Virus record (IMG/VR): IMGVR_UViG_2851924183_000002
Span: 10,130 to 74,129 of that record
Direction: 5' to 3' (one strand)
Source: a virus
Taxonomy: Duplodnaviria > Caudoviricetes
Length of the DNA stretch: 64,000 bases
The notes beneath the pieces were generated by a model. It did not search any database. It had not been told where the DNA came from and saw only the letters and a list, made by a program, of their open reading frames with translations. Both the position numbers and the translations under genes were made by a program. Below, one piece after another: positions 1-9,363 of this stretch (position 1 is its first letter; each line of letters begins with the position of its first letter).

Positions 1-194
1 TCAGAAATTAACTTTGTCATAGCTGCAATGTCGGCAATACCGATATAACAACCTGGTTCCAACTTAGCTTGTGACTCAACATACTCAATTGCTGTCATTT
101 GATGCATAACAACTTTTTTAAGTTTAAGTTCTGTCTGACCATCAACAAGTTTCAGTGCAACGGGTAATTCACCTTCAATTTCTAAGCGGTCCAT
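1..194 (-). CDS. Probable tail assembly chaperone, truncated by window edge
   Basis: ATG at 194 overlaps the tube stop (TAATG); open frame MDRLEIEGELPVALKLVDG... to position 1; position after tube gene. Confidence 0.6.
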   Translation of the reverse strand, partial: MDRLEIEGELPVALKLVDGQTELKLKKVVMHQMTAIEYVESQAKLEPGCYIGIADIAAMTKLIS

Positions 195-571
195 TACATT
201 GATTCCTTCATCATACTAAGTGCAAACATCGATAAATTACGACGAGTTTCACCTTCAACAGAGAATGAGTCACTTACTTCAGTTGAACTGCAATCAAGAT
301 AAGTTTCACGGAAACCGCCTTCAGGGTTTTCTACGGTGATGCGTGCATCTTCGATATTGTCCCAATCGATAGTGTCTTTACCATTAGGAATAACAACGGA
401 AATACTTAGGTTGTACGATTTCACACCTTGAGTACGGTATTTGTTTACGCGTTTGCGATTCATTGTGGCAATAGGTTTACGACCAGTTCCTTTTTGCGCT
501 TCACAACTTACGCAGTCGTATTCATTGCCATCAACAATGAGAACAATTGCACCAACTGCAACTTCAGCCAT
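194..571 (-). CDS. Tail tube protein
   Basis: 125 aa beta-rich protein downstream of sheath in a Mu-like tail module. Confidence 0.75.
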   Translation of the reverse strand: MAEVAVGAIVLIVDGNEYDCVSCEAQKGTGRKPIATMNRKRVNKYRTQGVKSYNLSISVVIPNGKDTIDWDNIEDARITVENPEGGFRETYLDCSSTEVSDSFSVEGETRRNLSMFALSMMKESM

Positions 572-630
572 TTTTAAAGCCTCTTATTAAGGATGCCTTA
601 CTTTTACATGTGCTTTCTTATTTTAATAAC

Positions 631-642
631 GGAACACTTTCC
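631..642 (-). promoter_or_regulatory. Late-activator (Mor/C) box upstream of tail tube
   Basis: GGAAcactTTCC, 25 bp from -10-like AAAAGT (600-605); one of four boxes with identical spacing. Confidence 0.7.
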
Positions 643-675
643 AAAAAAAAGCCCCCAATAAAGGGGGCTTTTTTT
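643..675. terminator. Bidirectional intrinsic terminator after Gp49-family gene
   Basis: A-run-GCCCCC-aataaa-GGGGGC-T-run. Confidence 0.85.
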
Positions 676-706
676 GTTTTCATAATAGAACTCTTTGCTT
701 ATGAAA

Positions 707-1069
707 TTACTCAATTTGTTTTGAGGTACGGTAAAGTTGTTCTTTTAAAAGATAACCTTCAAGTTGCCAAATTTTATTAAGTGCATTTTCATAAGCAAGC
801 TTTTGTCCAATCAACTTGTCAAAATTTTCAGGACTTGCACATGCTGATTCACCAGTCACAGTAAAGCCATTTTCTAAAGTGAGAATGCAAATAGTTAAGC
901 ATGGTGTGCTTTTATCTTCTTTTGCAAAATAATCTTCATGCGCAAAGATTGGGGCAACATCACCAGTCAAGTAGCGAATTGCTTGTACTTTTGATTCGAC
1001 ATGATCAGGCGTTAAACGTGGAGCATTCAAACTCTTGTCTTGAATTTCTTTTTCAAATTTTTGGTTCAT
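707..1069 (-). CDS. N4 Gp49/Sf6 gp66-family protein (Acb4-like nucleotide sponge candidate)
   Basis: Family motif LTICILTLENGFTVTGESACASPENFDKLIGQKLAYENALNKIWQLEGYLL. Confidence 0.8.
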   Translation of the reverse strand: MNQKFEKEIQDKSLNAPRLTPDHVESKVQAIRYLTGDVAPIFAHEDYFAKEDKSTPCLTICILTLENGFTVTGESACASPENFDKLIGQKLAYENALNKIWQLEGYLLKEQLYRTSKQIE

Positions 1070-1080
1070 GAGTCACTTCC

Positions 1081-2181
1081 CTAGTAAACATTCAACGTTG
1101 CCGCGATAACGTGCATACCACGCACCCAATCCGCAGGGATGGTCGCATTCACACGATAACGATCAGTACTGTCCTGCTCAACAACCAGTTGATCAGCTGT
1201 TTCTTGGACATTTTGTAGAATTTCAGCATCGTCTAATTTTTTAGCTTCAGCTAAGAAGATTGAACGTAAGTTACGACGCTGAGCTGCTGTGTTTTTACGA
1301 CGACGTTCTTTAGATGCAGCAGTACGCATGACTTTACGGACATAGTCAATTACCAGTGCACCATTAATATCTAGCATGATGTCATCTGCTAAACCTGTAT
1401 CTGGATTCTTACGGAATGTAGAAACAGCTCGAATGATTTCAGGCTTGCCGTCTGCTCCTGTTGCAATCACACAAACACCAGCTTTTAATGCACGCTCTTG
1501 ACGCTCAAAAGTAAGCTTGTATTTGTTTTCAACAGGACTAACACCCTCTAAATTTACCCCATTAAATGGTACGGCAGGATCGTTAGAGTCTGCTAAAGCA
1601 GCAGCCATCGCACCAGAAATTTCAGCTTCTTGACCAGTAGCGCCATGATAACAAGCAATAATAACTCGATAACTCGTTTCAATTGGTGCTTGAGCTGCAA
1701 ACGTCGTTGCAGCATCAATGTCAGTAAATGGAATGACTAAAATAGCAGGGCGTTGTTCAATCGCATCACTCACAAAATTTAAATGATCCGTCCATGCCAT
1801 CGTGTCATCACCAACTGTTGGCGCTGTATCTATTGCAAGAATCGTAAAACCTAACGGCTCAATCACTTCTAACGTTGCATCAAGGTCAGCAACTGGAGTA
1901 GCAGGAACTGTTTTATCAATAATGATTGGCATTGCGTATGCATCGACCAAACGGTTTGTCTTAACAGCAGCCTTAATCATGCGAGTGACTTTACTATCCG
2001 TACCAATTTTTTCATCAGCATCCGATGTATCGTAAATTGCAATTGGTTGATCCAACTCTTTAGGATCTGTCGTTACAAATAATACTTTTTGTTCATTTGG
2101 AATAAGACCAGTACGCTGAGTATTAATATTTACTGCGGTATATACACCAGGTGTACGAATACCAGATTGAACACCACTCAT
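1081..2181 (-). CDS. Contractile tail sheath protein (short form)
   Basis: N-terminal IRTPGVY and C-terminal RVNATIPADWVRGMHVIA typical of Mu gpL-like sheaths. Confidence 0.88.
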   Translation of the reverse strand: MSGVQSGIRTPGVYTAVNINTQRTGLIPNEQKVLFVTTDPKELDQPIAIYDTSDADEKIGTDSKVTRMIKAAVKTNRLVDAYAMPIIIDKTVPATPVADLDATLEVIEPLGFTILAIDTAPTVGDDTMAWTDHLNFVSDAIEQRPAILVIPFTDIDAATTFAAQAPIETSYRVIIACYHGATGQEAEISGAMAAALADSNDPAVPFNGVNLEGVSPVENKYKLTFERQERALKAGVCVIATGADGKPEIIRAVSTFRKNPDTGLADDIMLDINGALVIDYVRKVMRTAASKERRRKNTAAQRRNLRSIFLAEAKKLDDAEILQNVQETADQLVVEQDSTDRYRVNATIPADWVRGMHVIAATLNVY

Positions 2182-2182
2182 A

Positions 2183-2791
2183 TCAATTTCCTTCTTTGAG
2201 TTCAACTAAATCACTTGCAACTGGTTCTTCATGTTGCTCAAAGACATAGTCAAAATTAATTCTTTCGATTGTTGTTTCAGTCTCTTGCTCTTCACGATCT
2301 CGATTAGAAGCAATGATTGTGTATTGGGTTGTAAATTCTTGAGATAAAACACTTAATGATTGACTTCGAACTTTTGTGTTGAAAATGGTTTTTGTTTTAC
2401 CAAGTTCTAAAGATGCGAGTCCTTTAATACCTTGAGAAGACAAGTCGTTTCCAATTAAAAGCCTTTGAACAAGATCAAGCATTGAAAAAGTACCAATGTC
2501 CGAACCCGCACCATGACGACGAGCTTCTTCATTTCTAACGGATTGCGCACCAACCAAAACTACAAAAGTGATCGGGTATTCAGTTTTGTTATAACTGATT
2601 TTCGTTGGAGTACCTGAACTTACAAATGAAACCCATATCGCTGGAAATGTTTTGATAAAACTCAGCGTGTCATCATCAAATTCACCACCATAGGTTTTTA
2701 TTTCACGAACCCAAGGCCAGACTTTATTTTTAATCTGGTCTGCCATTTCATCTTTAAGAGCTTGTTCAATAAGTGCTAAATTTAAATTCAC
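2183..2791 (-). CDS. Mu gp37-like tail terminator (DUF1834)
   Basis: TYGGEFDD...FPAIWVSF...EEARRHG motif; synteny. Confidence 0.8.
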   Translation of the reverse strand: MNLNLALIEQALKDEMADQIKNKVWPWVREIKTYGGEFDDDTLSFIKTFPAIWVSFVSSGTPTKISYNKTEYPITFVVLVGAQSVRNEEARRHGAGSDIGTFSMLDLVQRLLIGNDLSSQGIKGLASLELGKTKTIFNTKVRSQSLSVLSQEFTTQYTIIASNRDREEQETETTIERINFDYVFEQHEEPVASDLVELKEGN

Positions 2792-3216
2792 CAGCTTCGT
2801 CCCCCAAAGTCACGTCTTCCGACAGACAAAACAACACTGTTGTTAGATGTCTGAACTGGTGAGCTTTCACCAACAGGTGAACCACCCAATGCAATAGTTC
2901 CTTTTGAAATTTCTTTTAAGGACTTTACTGCATTTTCATAACGGGTTTTGATTGGATCATTATCAGACATAGCACCAGTGCAAGCATGGTAGCGTGCCAT
3001 ATGACACGCTAATGACTGAAGAAAAGGAGGGGTGGTTTGCAACGGCAAGGAGTAACGCGATGCAATATAACCTTCGATTTCGCTGTTTGCCTCATTCATT
3101 GCAGCATTCAACTTATTCATGTTAATTACATCTTGATAAGGTTGCTCATTGTCCGTTAGTTCAATAAGTTGACGCTCACCAAATTTTTCAATCATTGCTT
3201 CAAGCGTTGCAAACAT
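2788..3216 (-). CDS. Mu gp36-like head-tail adaptor (DUF1320)
   Basis: EIEGYIASRYSLPL...LACHMARY...RYENAVKSLKEISKG. Confidence 0.88.
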   Translation of the reverse strand: MFATLEAMIEKFGERQLIELTDNEQPYQDVINMNKLNAAMNEANSEIEGYIASRYSLPLQTTPPFLQSLACHMARYHACTGAMSDNDPIKTRYENAVKSLKEISKGTIALGGSPVGESSPVQTSNNSVVLSVGRRDFGGRSW

Positions 3217-3227
3217 ATCGTTCCCCT

Positions 3228-4136
3228 TTAAGCAGCAGAACCATCGGAGCCGTAAGCAGTTTGCCAGTGGCCATAACCAGCCGCACCGCGTGCTTCAGCA
3301 CCAAACTTAAATTCACCCTCGGTGAAAACCGAATCAGATTCAACTGTTGTTTGTTGAACAAATTCAGGCTTTTTACGTGGTTGATAAATAAATGGTTTTA
3401 ATGGTTTTGTTGTATCCAATAAGAACCAAGCATCTGGACTAGTTAACCATGCTACAACAACGACTTTGGCAGTGCCTTTGTATAAATTGGCTTTACCATC
3501 ATCTAATCGATCAGAGTTAATTAACGCATTTGCAGTTGCTTCTAATGCTGGTGGGACAAGTAATAGATTTGGATTGACGTTAAGAGGACGACCATCTTCA
3601 TCTTTCATACTCATAAGAGCAGTACGGGCTTCACCATATGATGCCGCTGCTGCTTCTTGGGATGCAGCAGATAGCTTTTTAGTCCCTTTATTGCTTACAC
3701 CCGATTTACCAACGGGGTGATTAGTCGCAAAGAATGGTTTACCGTCATAACATTTTTCGGTAAATCCTTTATTTACAGCAGTGAAAACCAACTCGTCAGG
3801 CCACTGTTTTGCCGAGTGCCCAGCACCTTGTGCTTGTGCTGAATAGATGCCAAGTTGATCATCTTCAATATCATCGCGTTTTACCGCAATAGTAGCTTCA
3901 TATGGTTTATTAACCAGAATGTAAGTATATTCAGATAGTTTTTTGATTTGCTTTTTACCGACCCATTCTTTCATACCTGGAAAGTTAGACAACCACGTAT
4001 AGTCGTTGTATTTCCCTGAACTTGGTACTTCTGAAGCAATATCTTGCCATTGGCTTGGAGCAGCAGCAAATGCACCGTTAAAAGCTCGACTTAAACCTAG
4101 AAAGATTGCTGAAATTACAGCACCGTTAATTTTCAT
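3228..4136 (-). CDS. Major capsid protein (Mu gpT family)
   Basis: YTWLSNFPGMKEWVG, CYDGKPFFATNHPV, terminal WQTAYGSDG. Confidence 0.93.
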   Translation of the reverse strand: MKINGAVISAIFLGLSRAFNGAFAAAPSQWQDIASEVPSSGKYNDYTWLSNFPGMKEWVGKKQIKKLSEYTYILVNKPYEATIAVKRDDIEDDQLGIYSAQAQGAGHSAKQWPDELVFTAVNKGFTEKCYDGKPFFATNHPVGKSGVSNKGTKKLSAASQEAAAASYGEARTALMSMKDEDGRPLNVNPNLLLVPPALEATANALINSDRLDDGKANLYKGTAKVVVVAWLTSPDAWFLLDTTKPLKPFIYQPRKKPEFVQQTTVESDSVFTEGEFKFGAEARGAAGYGHWQTAYGSDGSAA

Positions 4137-4543
4137 GCTACCCATACTCCTTCATTTGTGATTTCTAAAACAACACCACCTTCTGATTTGGTATTTGTTG
4201 CCGATGTTTTGCATACAGTTTTTGAATCGTGGATGTAGCATTTCTTACCAACCAAAGATTGAACAACTGCATCTGCACTAGCGTTATCAAATAAAAAGGC
4301 TGAATGTGTACGCACCATCACAAACACGTCTCCATCAGCACCACCAGTGTTATCAATGGTTTCATCAAAGATACCTAGATAGGTGAGTCCCGTTGCTGTT
4401 TTACCTGGTTCAGCGAATCCTGTTGAACCAACAACAGCTATATGCCCTGCAAAACAAATAGCGTTTGCTTTTACAGCAACTTGAATAAGGCCTAAATCAC
4501 GACGTGGTGTTTGGCGATCAGATCCACTTAAAATACTGCTCAT
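4133..4543 (-). CDS. Capsid decoration/cement protein
   Basis: Lies between protease and capsid; DNTGGADGD...VGKKCYIHDSKTV...GVWV. Confidence 0.7.
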   Translation of the reverse strand: MSSILSGSDRQTPRRDLGLIQVAVKANAICFAGHIAVVGSTGFAEPGKTATGLTYLGIFDETIDNTGGADGDVFVMVRTHSAFLFDNASADAVVQSLVGKKCYIHDSKTVCKTSATNTKSEGGVVLEITNEGVWVA

Positions 4544-5613
4544 GCGCCAGCTCCTAAATCAATGCCCATTTGCTTAGCTACTTCAAAATCTTCAGGTGTG
4601 TATTGACCTTGCTTTTGATGATTAGCAGCAATTTGAACGGTTTGTGTTTGTTGTTGACTTAATGCTGCGATTTTTGGCAAATCATCTAAGTATGACTTCA
4701 CAAAATCTGGGTTAGTCTTCGCTTGGTCTTTGACCCAATCAACAGTCGCCTTACCTGTCAATCGACCATCTGAGCAAGCAGCTAAAATGAGATCATCAAT
4801 TTCTTTTGCTTGTGCATTTGCCGTTACAGTGGTTGCTTGAGCTAACGCTTCTTTATGCACCGCCATTGGTACATATTTGTTTGGGTCGGGTTGTGCCTGG
4901 CTATTTGCAGCTAATTTAATTTGATCAATTGCAGAGACAGCATCAAATAAGTTTTGAGCATTAGCAGCAATTGTCGTACCTGTTTTTTCTGCAATCTGAT
5001 TGGTCAGTTTGCTGAGTTCTGCCATAATGTCTTCAGCAGTTGCTGAAATCGGCAGATTCAACATCCAACGCAGACGTTCTAATAAATCTTCGTTCATTTC
5101 TGAATCCTGAGATGTTGTTAAAAATTCTTGTGCAGCTGCTGCAAGCTTGGCTTCAGGCAACTGATCTAAATTTGGAGTGTTTGTTAATGCGACGCTATGT
5201 AAGCCGAGGATGGTTCCAGTGGTGTCATAGAAGAAGACTGGAGATATGTATTTGTATTCACCCGAATCGATAAAGCCTTGAGCTTTTTCGGTCCATTCAA
5301 ATTGAGTACTACATAAGCCAACTCCTTCTACATAGGTAAAGCCATTTGGTTTTAACCATCCAGCAGCAGGAGCAGGTTCGCCTTTTTCTTTAGCAATTAA
5401 TGTGCTGTGTTCATAATCAATGACGAGATCAACACTACGTTGATTTAACACAGCAACCATTTCACGACCATGTTCAGGCGTTAGAATCCATGCAGGCGCA
5501 TCAAATGGGCGACCATCGATACCGCGAAATTCACCTTCAGGTATAATCACAAAATGTTCAGACTGTGCTGATAAGCTCATTGAGCATGCAGCAACTAAGA
5601 GTGTGCGCTTCAT
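4540..5613 (-). CDS. Prohead protease/scaffold (Mu gpI)
   Basis: IDYEH, APAAGW, EYKYISPVF, ALTNTPNL motifs. Confidence 0.92.
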   Translation of the reverse strand: MKRTLLVAACSMSLSAQSEHFVIIPEGEFRGIDGRPFDAPAWILTPEHGREMVAVLNQRSVDLVIDYEHSTLIAKEKGEPAPAAGWLKPNGFTYVEGVGLCSTQFEWTEKAQGFIDSGEYKYISPVFFYDTTGTILGLHSVALTNTPNLDQLPEAKLAAAAQEFLTTSQDSEMNEDLLERLRWMLNLPISATAEDIMAELSKLTNQIAEKTGTTIAANAQNLFDAVSAIDQIKLAANSQAQPDPNKYVPMAVHKEALAQATTVTANAQAKEIDDLILAACSDGRLTGKATVDWVKDQAKTNPDFVKSYLDDLPKIAALSQQQTQTVQIAANHQKQGQYTPEDFEVAKQMGIDLGAGA

Positions 5614-5671
5614 ACTTCTGCATCTAACTTAAGAAACATGAGTATGAAAAACTTAAGAGGGGATTAGTGTT

Positions 5672-5683
5672 GGAATACGTTCC
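5672..5683 (-). promoter_or_regulatory. Late-activator box upstream of protease gene
   Basis: GGAAtacgTTCC, 25 bp from CATACT (5641-5646). Confidence 0.72.
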
Positions 5684-5816
5684 TTATTTTTCACTTTTTA
5701 TAATTTGCGCTGTAATGCGTTCTAACGATCAATAGATATTTCATTCAAGATTCATCGATTTAATTTTTATAAGTGCATCAATAACAATCTAACGACTATC
5801 TAACGCTATATTTATA

Positions 5817-6293
5817 TCAATCAAATAGTTTTTGATAGAAATAATCAACATCATCATAGATGGCGCTCTCAGCTTCTGACTGTAAATTACCATTTTCATC
5901 TATAGGCATAAATGGTCGCGCTGGAATATCTCCCCACGGTAATGGACCACCACGAGAAGATTTTCCATATTGCCCTTGTTTAGCACCAAATTGATGAGTC
6001 GGTGCTTTAGGATCAGAGCTGCTGATACTTGCTTCGGTATCATTAGAATCTGGCTGAATACTGTCACGAAGTTGACCAGACTGACTTAAAATTTTACCAG
6101 CCTTGCGTCTTGCCTCTGTGACTGGGCTAAGTCCAGCCCATCCAGGGCGACCTTGAGCATCAAAGTTATCTTCAACGATAGTCAAAAAACTTCCTGCTAT
6201 TGCAGAGGTCAAATCCTTTGGACGGTTTATTCCTAAAGCAACTCTAGTTAGCTTTTTGACCAATACATCATCATTGATTTGTATCACGCTCAT
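5817..6293 (-). CDS. Virion morphogenesis protein (Mu gpG family)
   Basis: NFDAQGRPGWAGLS, GKILSQSGQLRDSI, HQFG, IPARPF. Confidence 0.9.
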   Translation of the reverse strand: MSVIQINDDVLVKKLTRVALGINRPKDLTSAIAGSFLTIVEDNFDAQGRPGWAGLSPVTEARRKAGKILSQSGQLRDSIQPDSNDTEASISSSDPKAPTHQFGAKQGQYGKSSRGGPLPWGDIPARPFMPIDENGNLQSEAESAIYDDVDYFYQKLFD

Positions 6294-6309
6294 AATTTAT
6301 ACTGTTCCT

Positions 6310-6390
6310 GAGATGGTAGTTTCCTAATAGAAAGGTTACGGTCTAGCAAAGTCTATTCAGTATTATGCTGTGCAAGTCAGCCACCATCTC
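6310..6390 (+). ncRNA. Candidate tRNA-like small RNA convergent with the MuF gene
   Basis: Closing stem GAGATGGT/ACCATCTC, TTTC-ctaata-GAAA hairpin, T-arm-like GCTG-TGCAAGT-CAGC; upstream TTGATT-18-TATACT (6274-6303). Confidence 0.55.
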
Positions 6391-6391
6391 C

Positions 6392-7708
6392 TTATCTGAT
6401 CAATTCATAGTGCGTAGCATTCAATCCATCTTCAATTGCACCATCCAATATTTTAAAGATACTCACAATTTCTATTACGCCATTCTGTACTCGCAATGAA
6501 AGCTTGATTACCTTTGGATCTTTCTCATCTAAACTCTTAAGAATGTACAGAACACTATCATTTTTTACATCGTATAAAACAGTTTTAACGTTAGCGATGA
6601 GAATAGGTAATTCTTGCCATTCAGCCACGCTTACCGCATCACCAGCATTTTTATGGCGCTTGGCTTTTTTCCCAATGAGAAGACGATCTTCAACTGTAAT
6701 GATAGGACTTTCAATTGTTTGTCCTTTTTTAAGCAAGTATGCAACTTCTTCCGCTTGGAACACACCAACCGTACTTGTTTTACCTTGAGATTTAGCAAAA
6801 CTTAGGGTGTTCTCAATAAATGCATAATGGGCTTTTTGACGAATAGGGGCGGTTAAAACTTGTTGGACTTGCTTTAAACCTTCCATATCTCCTAAGTACT
6901 TTCGAGCACGCTCTGTCAATACTTGGTCCACAGCATAGCTTGTTGCTGGTGAGCTGTTGAATCCAGCCGCAGGGCTAAAGCTTATGACTCCATCTTTAGT
7001 TGGAATGTCAAAGCGTTGACGTGTCGCATAAACATCAGCACCTGTAAAACTATCTACGCCAATTTTTTCAGAATATTGAGTCTGATAACCATCACTACTT
7101 AAAATTTCTTTACCTTCAACTTCACGTTCAGATCTAGCAATAACACGGCAATTACAACCAAATTTTGAAGGAGGGTAGGCAGTTGTCCAAAACGGGTCGT
7201 CAGCTCTTAAAATACGACCATTCCACGATTTATGCTCTTCACGATAGTTCACCATCGTAATGTGTCGATACTCCCAATAAGGACGTGTATCAATAGATTC
7301 CATCATTGCTTTATAACGCCCAGCACTAAAAGCCGAACGCATATTGGTGTGATAAATCGTTCGCAATCGACGTGGAGATCCAAGCTGTACTTCTTGCTCT
7401 TGACCAGCTGGATTAATCACAGTTTTTTTACCCCACCAACCTTTTTCTTGAAGTATTGGGGTAATTTCAGCTTTCCACTTTTCAAGACTTTGACCTTTTT
7501 CCAAAGCCGTGATTAATGATTTCTTAATGTCCTGCAACAAGTCTAATTTAGCAACTTTTGCCACAGTGAATGCACGACTATGTGCGTCATCTAAGGTTTG
7601 ATGCCAATCCCATCCGATTTTATAACCTTTGTTTTTTAAGTATTGAATCGCTTCTTCGGGTGGTTTATGAAATAGAGCATTCAATTCAGGGCGTTGAGGT
7701 GTGGGCAT
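6392..7708 (-). CDS. MuF (gp30) head morphogenesis protein with C-terminal PBECR-like extension
   Basis: RAFTVAKV, GSPRRLRTIYHTN, PPSKFGCNCRV; extension RH..GD.VS..EW..LP..I....VLYD....VLYI. Confidence 0.88.
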   Translation of the reverse strand: MPTPQRPELNALFHKPPEEAIQYLKNKGYKIGWDWHQTLDDAHSRAFTVAKVAKLDLLQDIKKSLITALEKGQSLEKWKAEITPILQEKGWWGKKTVINPAGQEQEVQLGSPRRLRTIYHTNMRSAFSAGRYKAMMESIDTRPYWEYRHITMVNYREEHKSWNGRILRADDPFWTTAYPPSKFGCNCRVIARSEREVEGKEILSSDGYQTQYSEKIGVDSFTGADVYATRQRFDIPTKDGVISFSPAAGFNSSPATSYAVDQVLTERARKYLGDMEGLKQVQQVLTAPIRQKAHYAFIENTLSFAKSQGKTSTVGVFQAEEVAYLLKKGQTIESPIITVEDRLLIGKKAKRHKNAGDAVSVAEWQELPILIANVKTVLYDVKNDSVLYILKSLDEKDPKVIKLSLRVQNGVIEIVSIFKILDGAIEDGLNATHYELIR

Positions 7709-9288
7709 TATTCAACCTCAGCTTCAGCACTTAAGCGACCAAGCATTTCACAAGCAAAGATCAGCTGCGTTAATTTCTCTTGAAGGGCAGGTTCATCATC
7801 GTGTGGATGTAGCTCAGAAAGCAGATGAAGTACTTCTTCCTCATTGCTACCAGCTTGAATTTTCTTAACCAATTCAGTAAGCCATTGCTCCGAAATGACC
7901 TGGCTATTTTCGTCTTGTTCCTTTAAAAGCAACCGCATCGCTTGATCTTCTAACGGAACATTTGCAGTATTCGCAGCTAGTGATTGCGTTAGAAGTCGAG
8001 GAGAAAAAGTATTGGCTGCAAGATTACGAAAATCTGAATTCATTTCTTTCGATTGTTTTGTTAGAACCTCTTCATTTTCATCCGTAGGCATTGGTATGCC
8101 AGTTCGCTCATGTGCCCATCGAACAGGAATTTTCATACCGTTATCGACTAGAGCACCAATCGATTCACTGAACGCCTTTAAGTCTTCCGTTTCAGTCAAA
8201 TCAAAGTAGAATTTTGGATAACGATCAGGTGTAATATTTGGATAATTCAAACGCATTAAATGCGTAATTAATGAATCATTAATTGATCTTGCAAGCTGTT
8301 TAGAATCCGATTTAACAATGACTTCAAATTGATTTTCATGTGTTTGGCTTTGTGCATTAGTACTGGTTTTACCATCAGCCTGGCTAAGTAAAGTCCCACC
8401 CACAATAATTTTTGATTGGGTTTGCTCACACCATTTGATTAACGCCATATGATTATCAGTGTCACCATTTGCAGCACTTTCAAAATCAATGGTCATGCCT
8501 TTCGGAATAATACCTCCAGCATTACGTCCGATACTCATAACAGCGCGTAGCAGTGTCATTTTCTCTTCAGCTGTTGCGCCTTCAGCATATTGACCGATAC
8601 GAATTGGCAAGCCATAAATTTCTAAGAATTCCATGACATCACGAACGCCATAGTTTTTAAATAAGAAAGGCCAAGATAAAACACGATGTAAACCTGATCG
8701 TGCAATATATCCAGACTTCGCTTTATGACGATGAATAAACCAACCAAAATCCCAAAACTCAGCACCTTCCATTGATCCATCATTAAGACGTAGTTCATTG
8801 GGGCGATCAACAGGAGTCATAAAATTGCGTGCTAATTGATGCTCAAAACTTGCAGGTAGCCATAGTGAGCCTATACGTTCCCATTTGATTTCTTGGCAGC
8901 TGTAGCCATGACCAACCGCATCCATTGCATCAAACAAGAACATTTCAAAATCTTGAATCTCATCAATCCATTCTTTAATTTCTTCAGCAATCTTTTTTTC
9001 TTGGTCCGTTGCATTCTTGGGAGGGTTTATTCCCCAAGGCAAGCCATTTACACCTTTCCGACGTTTGTCCATTTCACTAAAGATATGACCATCACGTTCT
9101 TCCATATCTGCAAAAAGATCAGCTTGAGCTTGAAGACTACCTTGTTCAGCACCGAGGAGTAATTTATGGAGGCGTGCAGGCGTTAGACCAACAACAGGAT
9201 GTTCTTGCCACTGATTTGTTAACCAAGCCACATCAGAGGTCTGAGTCGTTTCTAACGCTTGTTTTTGAGATTTATCTTTTTTAGCCAT
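7708..9288 (-). CDS. Portal protein (Mu gp29, DUF935)
   Basis: HPVVGLTPARL, LFADMEERDGHIFSEMDKR, FLEIYGLPIRIG, GGTLLSQADGK. Confidence 0.93.
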   Translation of the reverse strand: MAKKDKSQKQALETTQTSDVAWLTNQWQEHPVVGLTPARLHKLLLGAEQGSLQAQADLFADMEERDGHIFSEMDKRRKGVNGLPWGINPPKNATDQEKKIAEEIKEWIDEIQDFEMFLFDAMDAVGHGYSCQEIKWERIGSLWLPASFEHQLARNFMTPVDRPNELRLNDGSMEGAEFWDFGWFIHRHKAKSGYIARSGLHRVLSWPFLFKNYGVRDVMEFLEIYGLPIRIGQYAEGATAEEKMTLLRAVMSIGRNAGGIIPKGMTIDFESAANGDTDNHMALIKWCEQTQSKIIVGGTLLSQADGKTSTNAQSQTHENQFEVIVKSDSKQLARSINDSLITHLMRLNYPNITPDRYPKFYFDLTETEDLKAFSESIGALVDNGMKIPVRWAHERTGIPMPTDENEEVLTKQSKEMNSDFRNLAANTFSPRLLTQSLAANTANVPLEDQAMRLLLKEQDENSQVISEQWLTELVKKIQAGSNEEEVLHLLSELHPHDDEPALQEKLTQLIFACEMLGRLSAEAEVE

Positions 9289-9348
9289 AACAAAAAGCAC
9301 AATACGAGATTGTGCTTAGTTTGGGGCAGGCTTGTATATATTTAGAGT

Positions 9349-9360
9349 GGAAGTACTTCC
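9349..9360 (-). promoter_or_regulatory. Late-activator box upstream of portal
   Basis: GGAAgtacTTCC, 25 bp from CAAACT (9318-9323). Confidence 0.72.
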
Positions 9361-9363
9361 TAA

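Noticed and set aside
707-1069. Tad1 assignment for the Gp49-family gene
   Set aside because: It lacks the Tad1-type FQ.G...RENA.ALT..EEA motif; its motifs fit the Gp49/Acb4-like family
6310-6390. Canonical tRNA gene or att site
   Set aside because: No proper anticodon arm, non-standard T-loop and no CCA after the stem; reported as a tRNA-like candidate only
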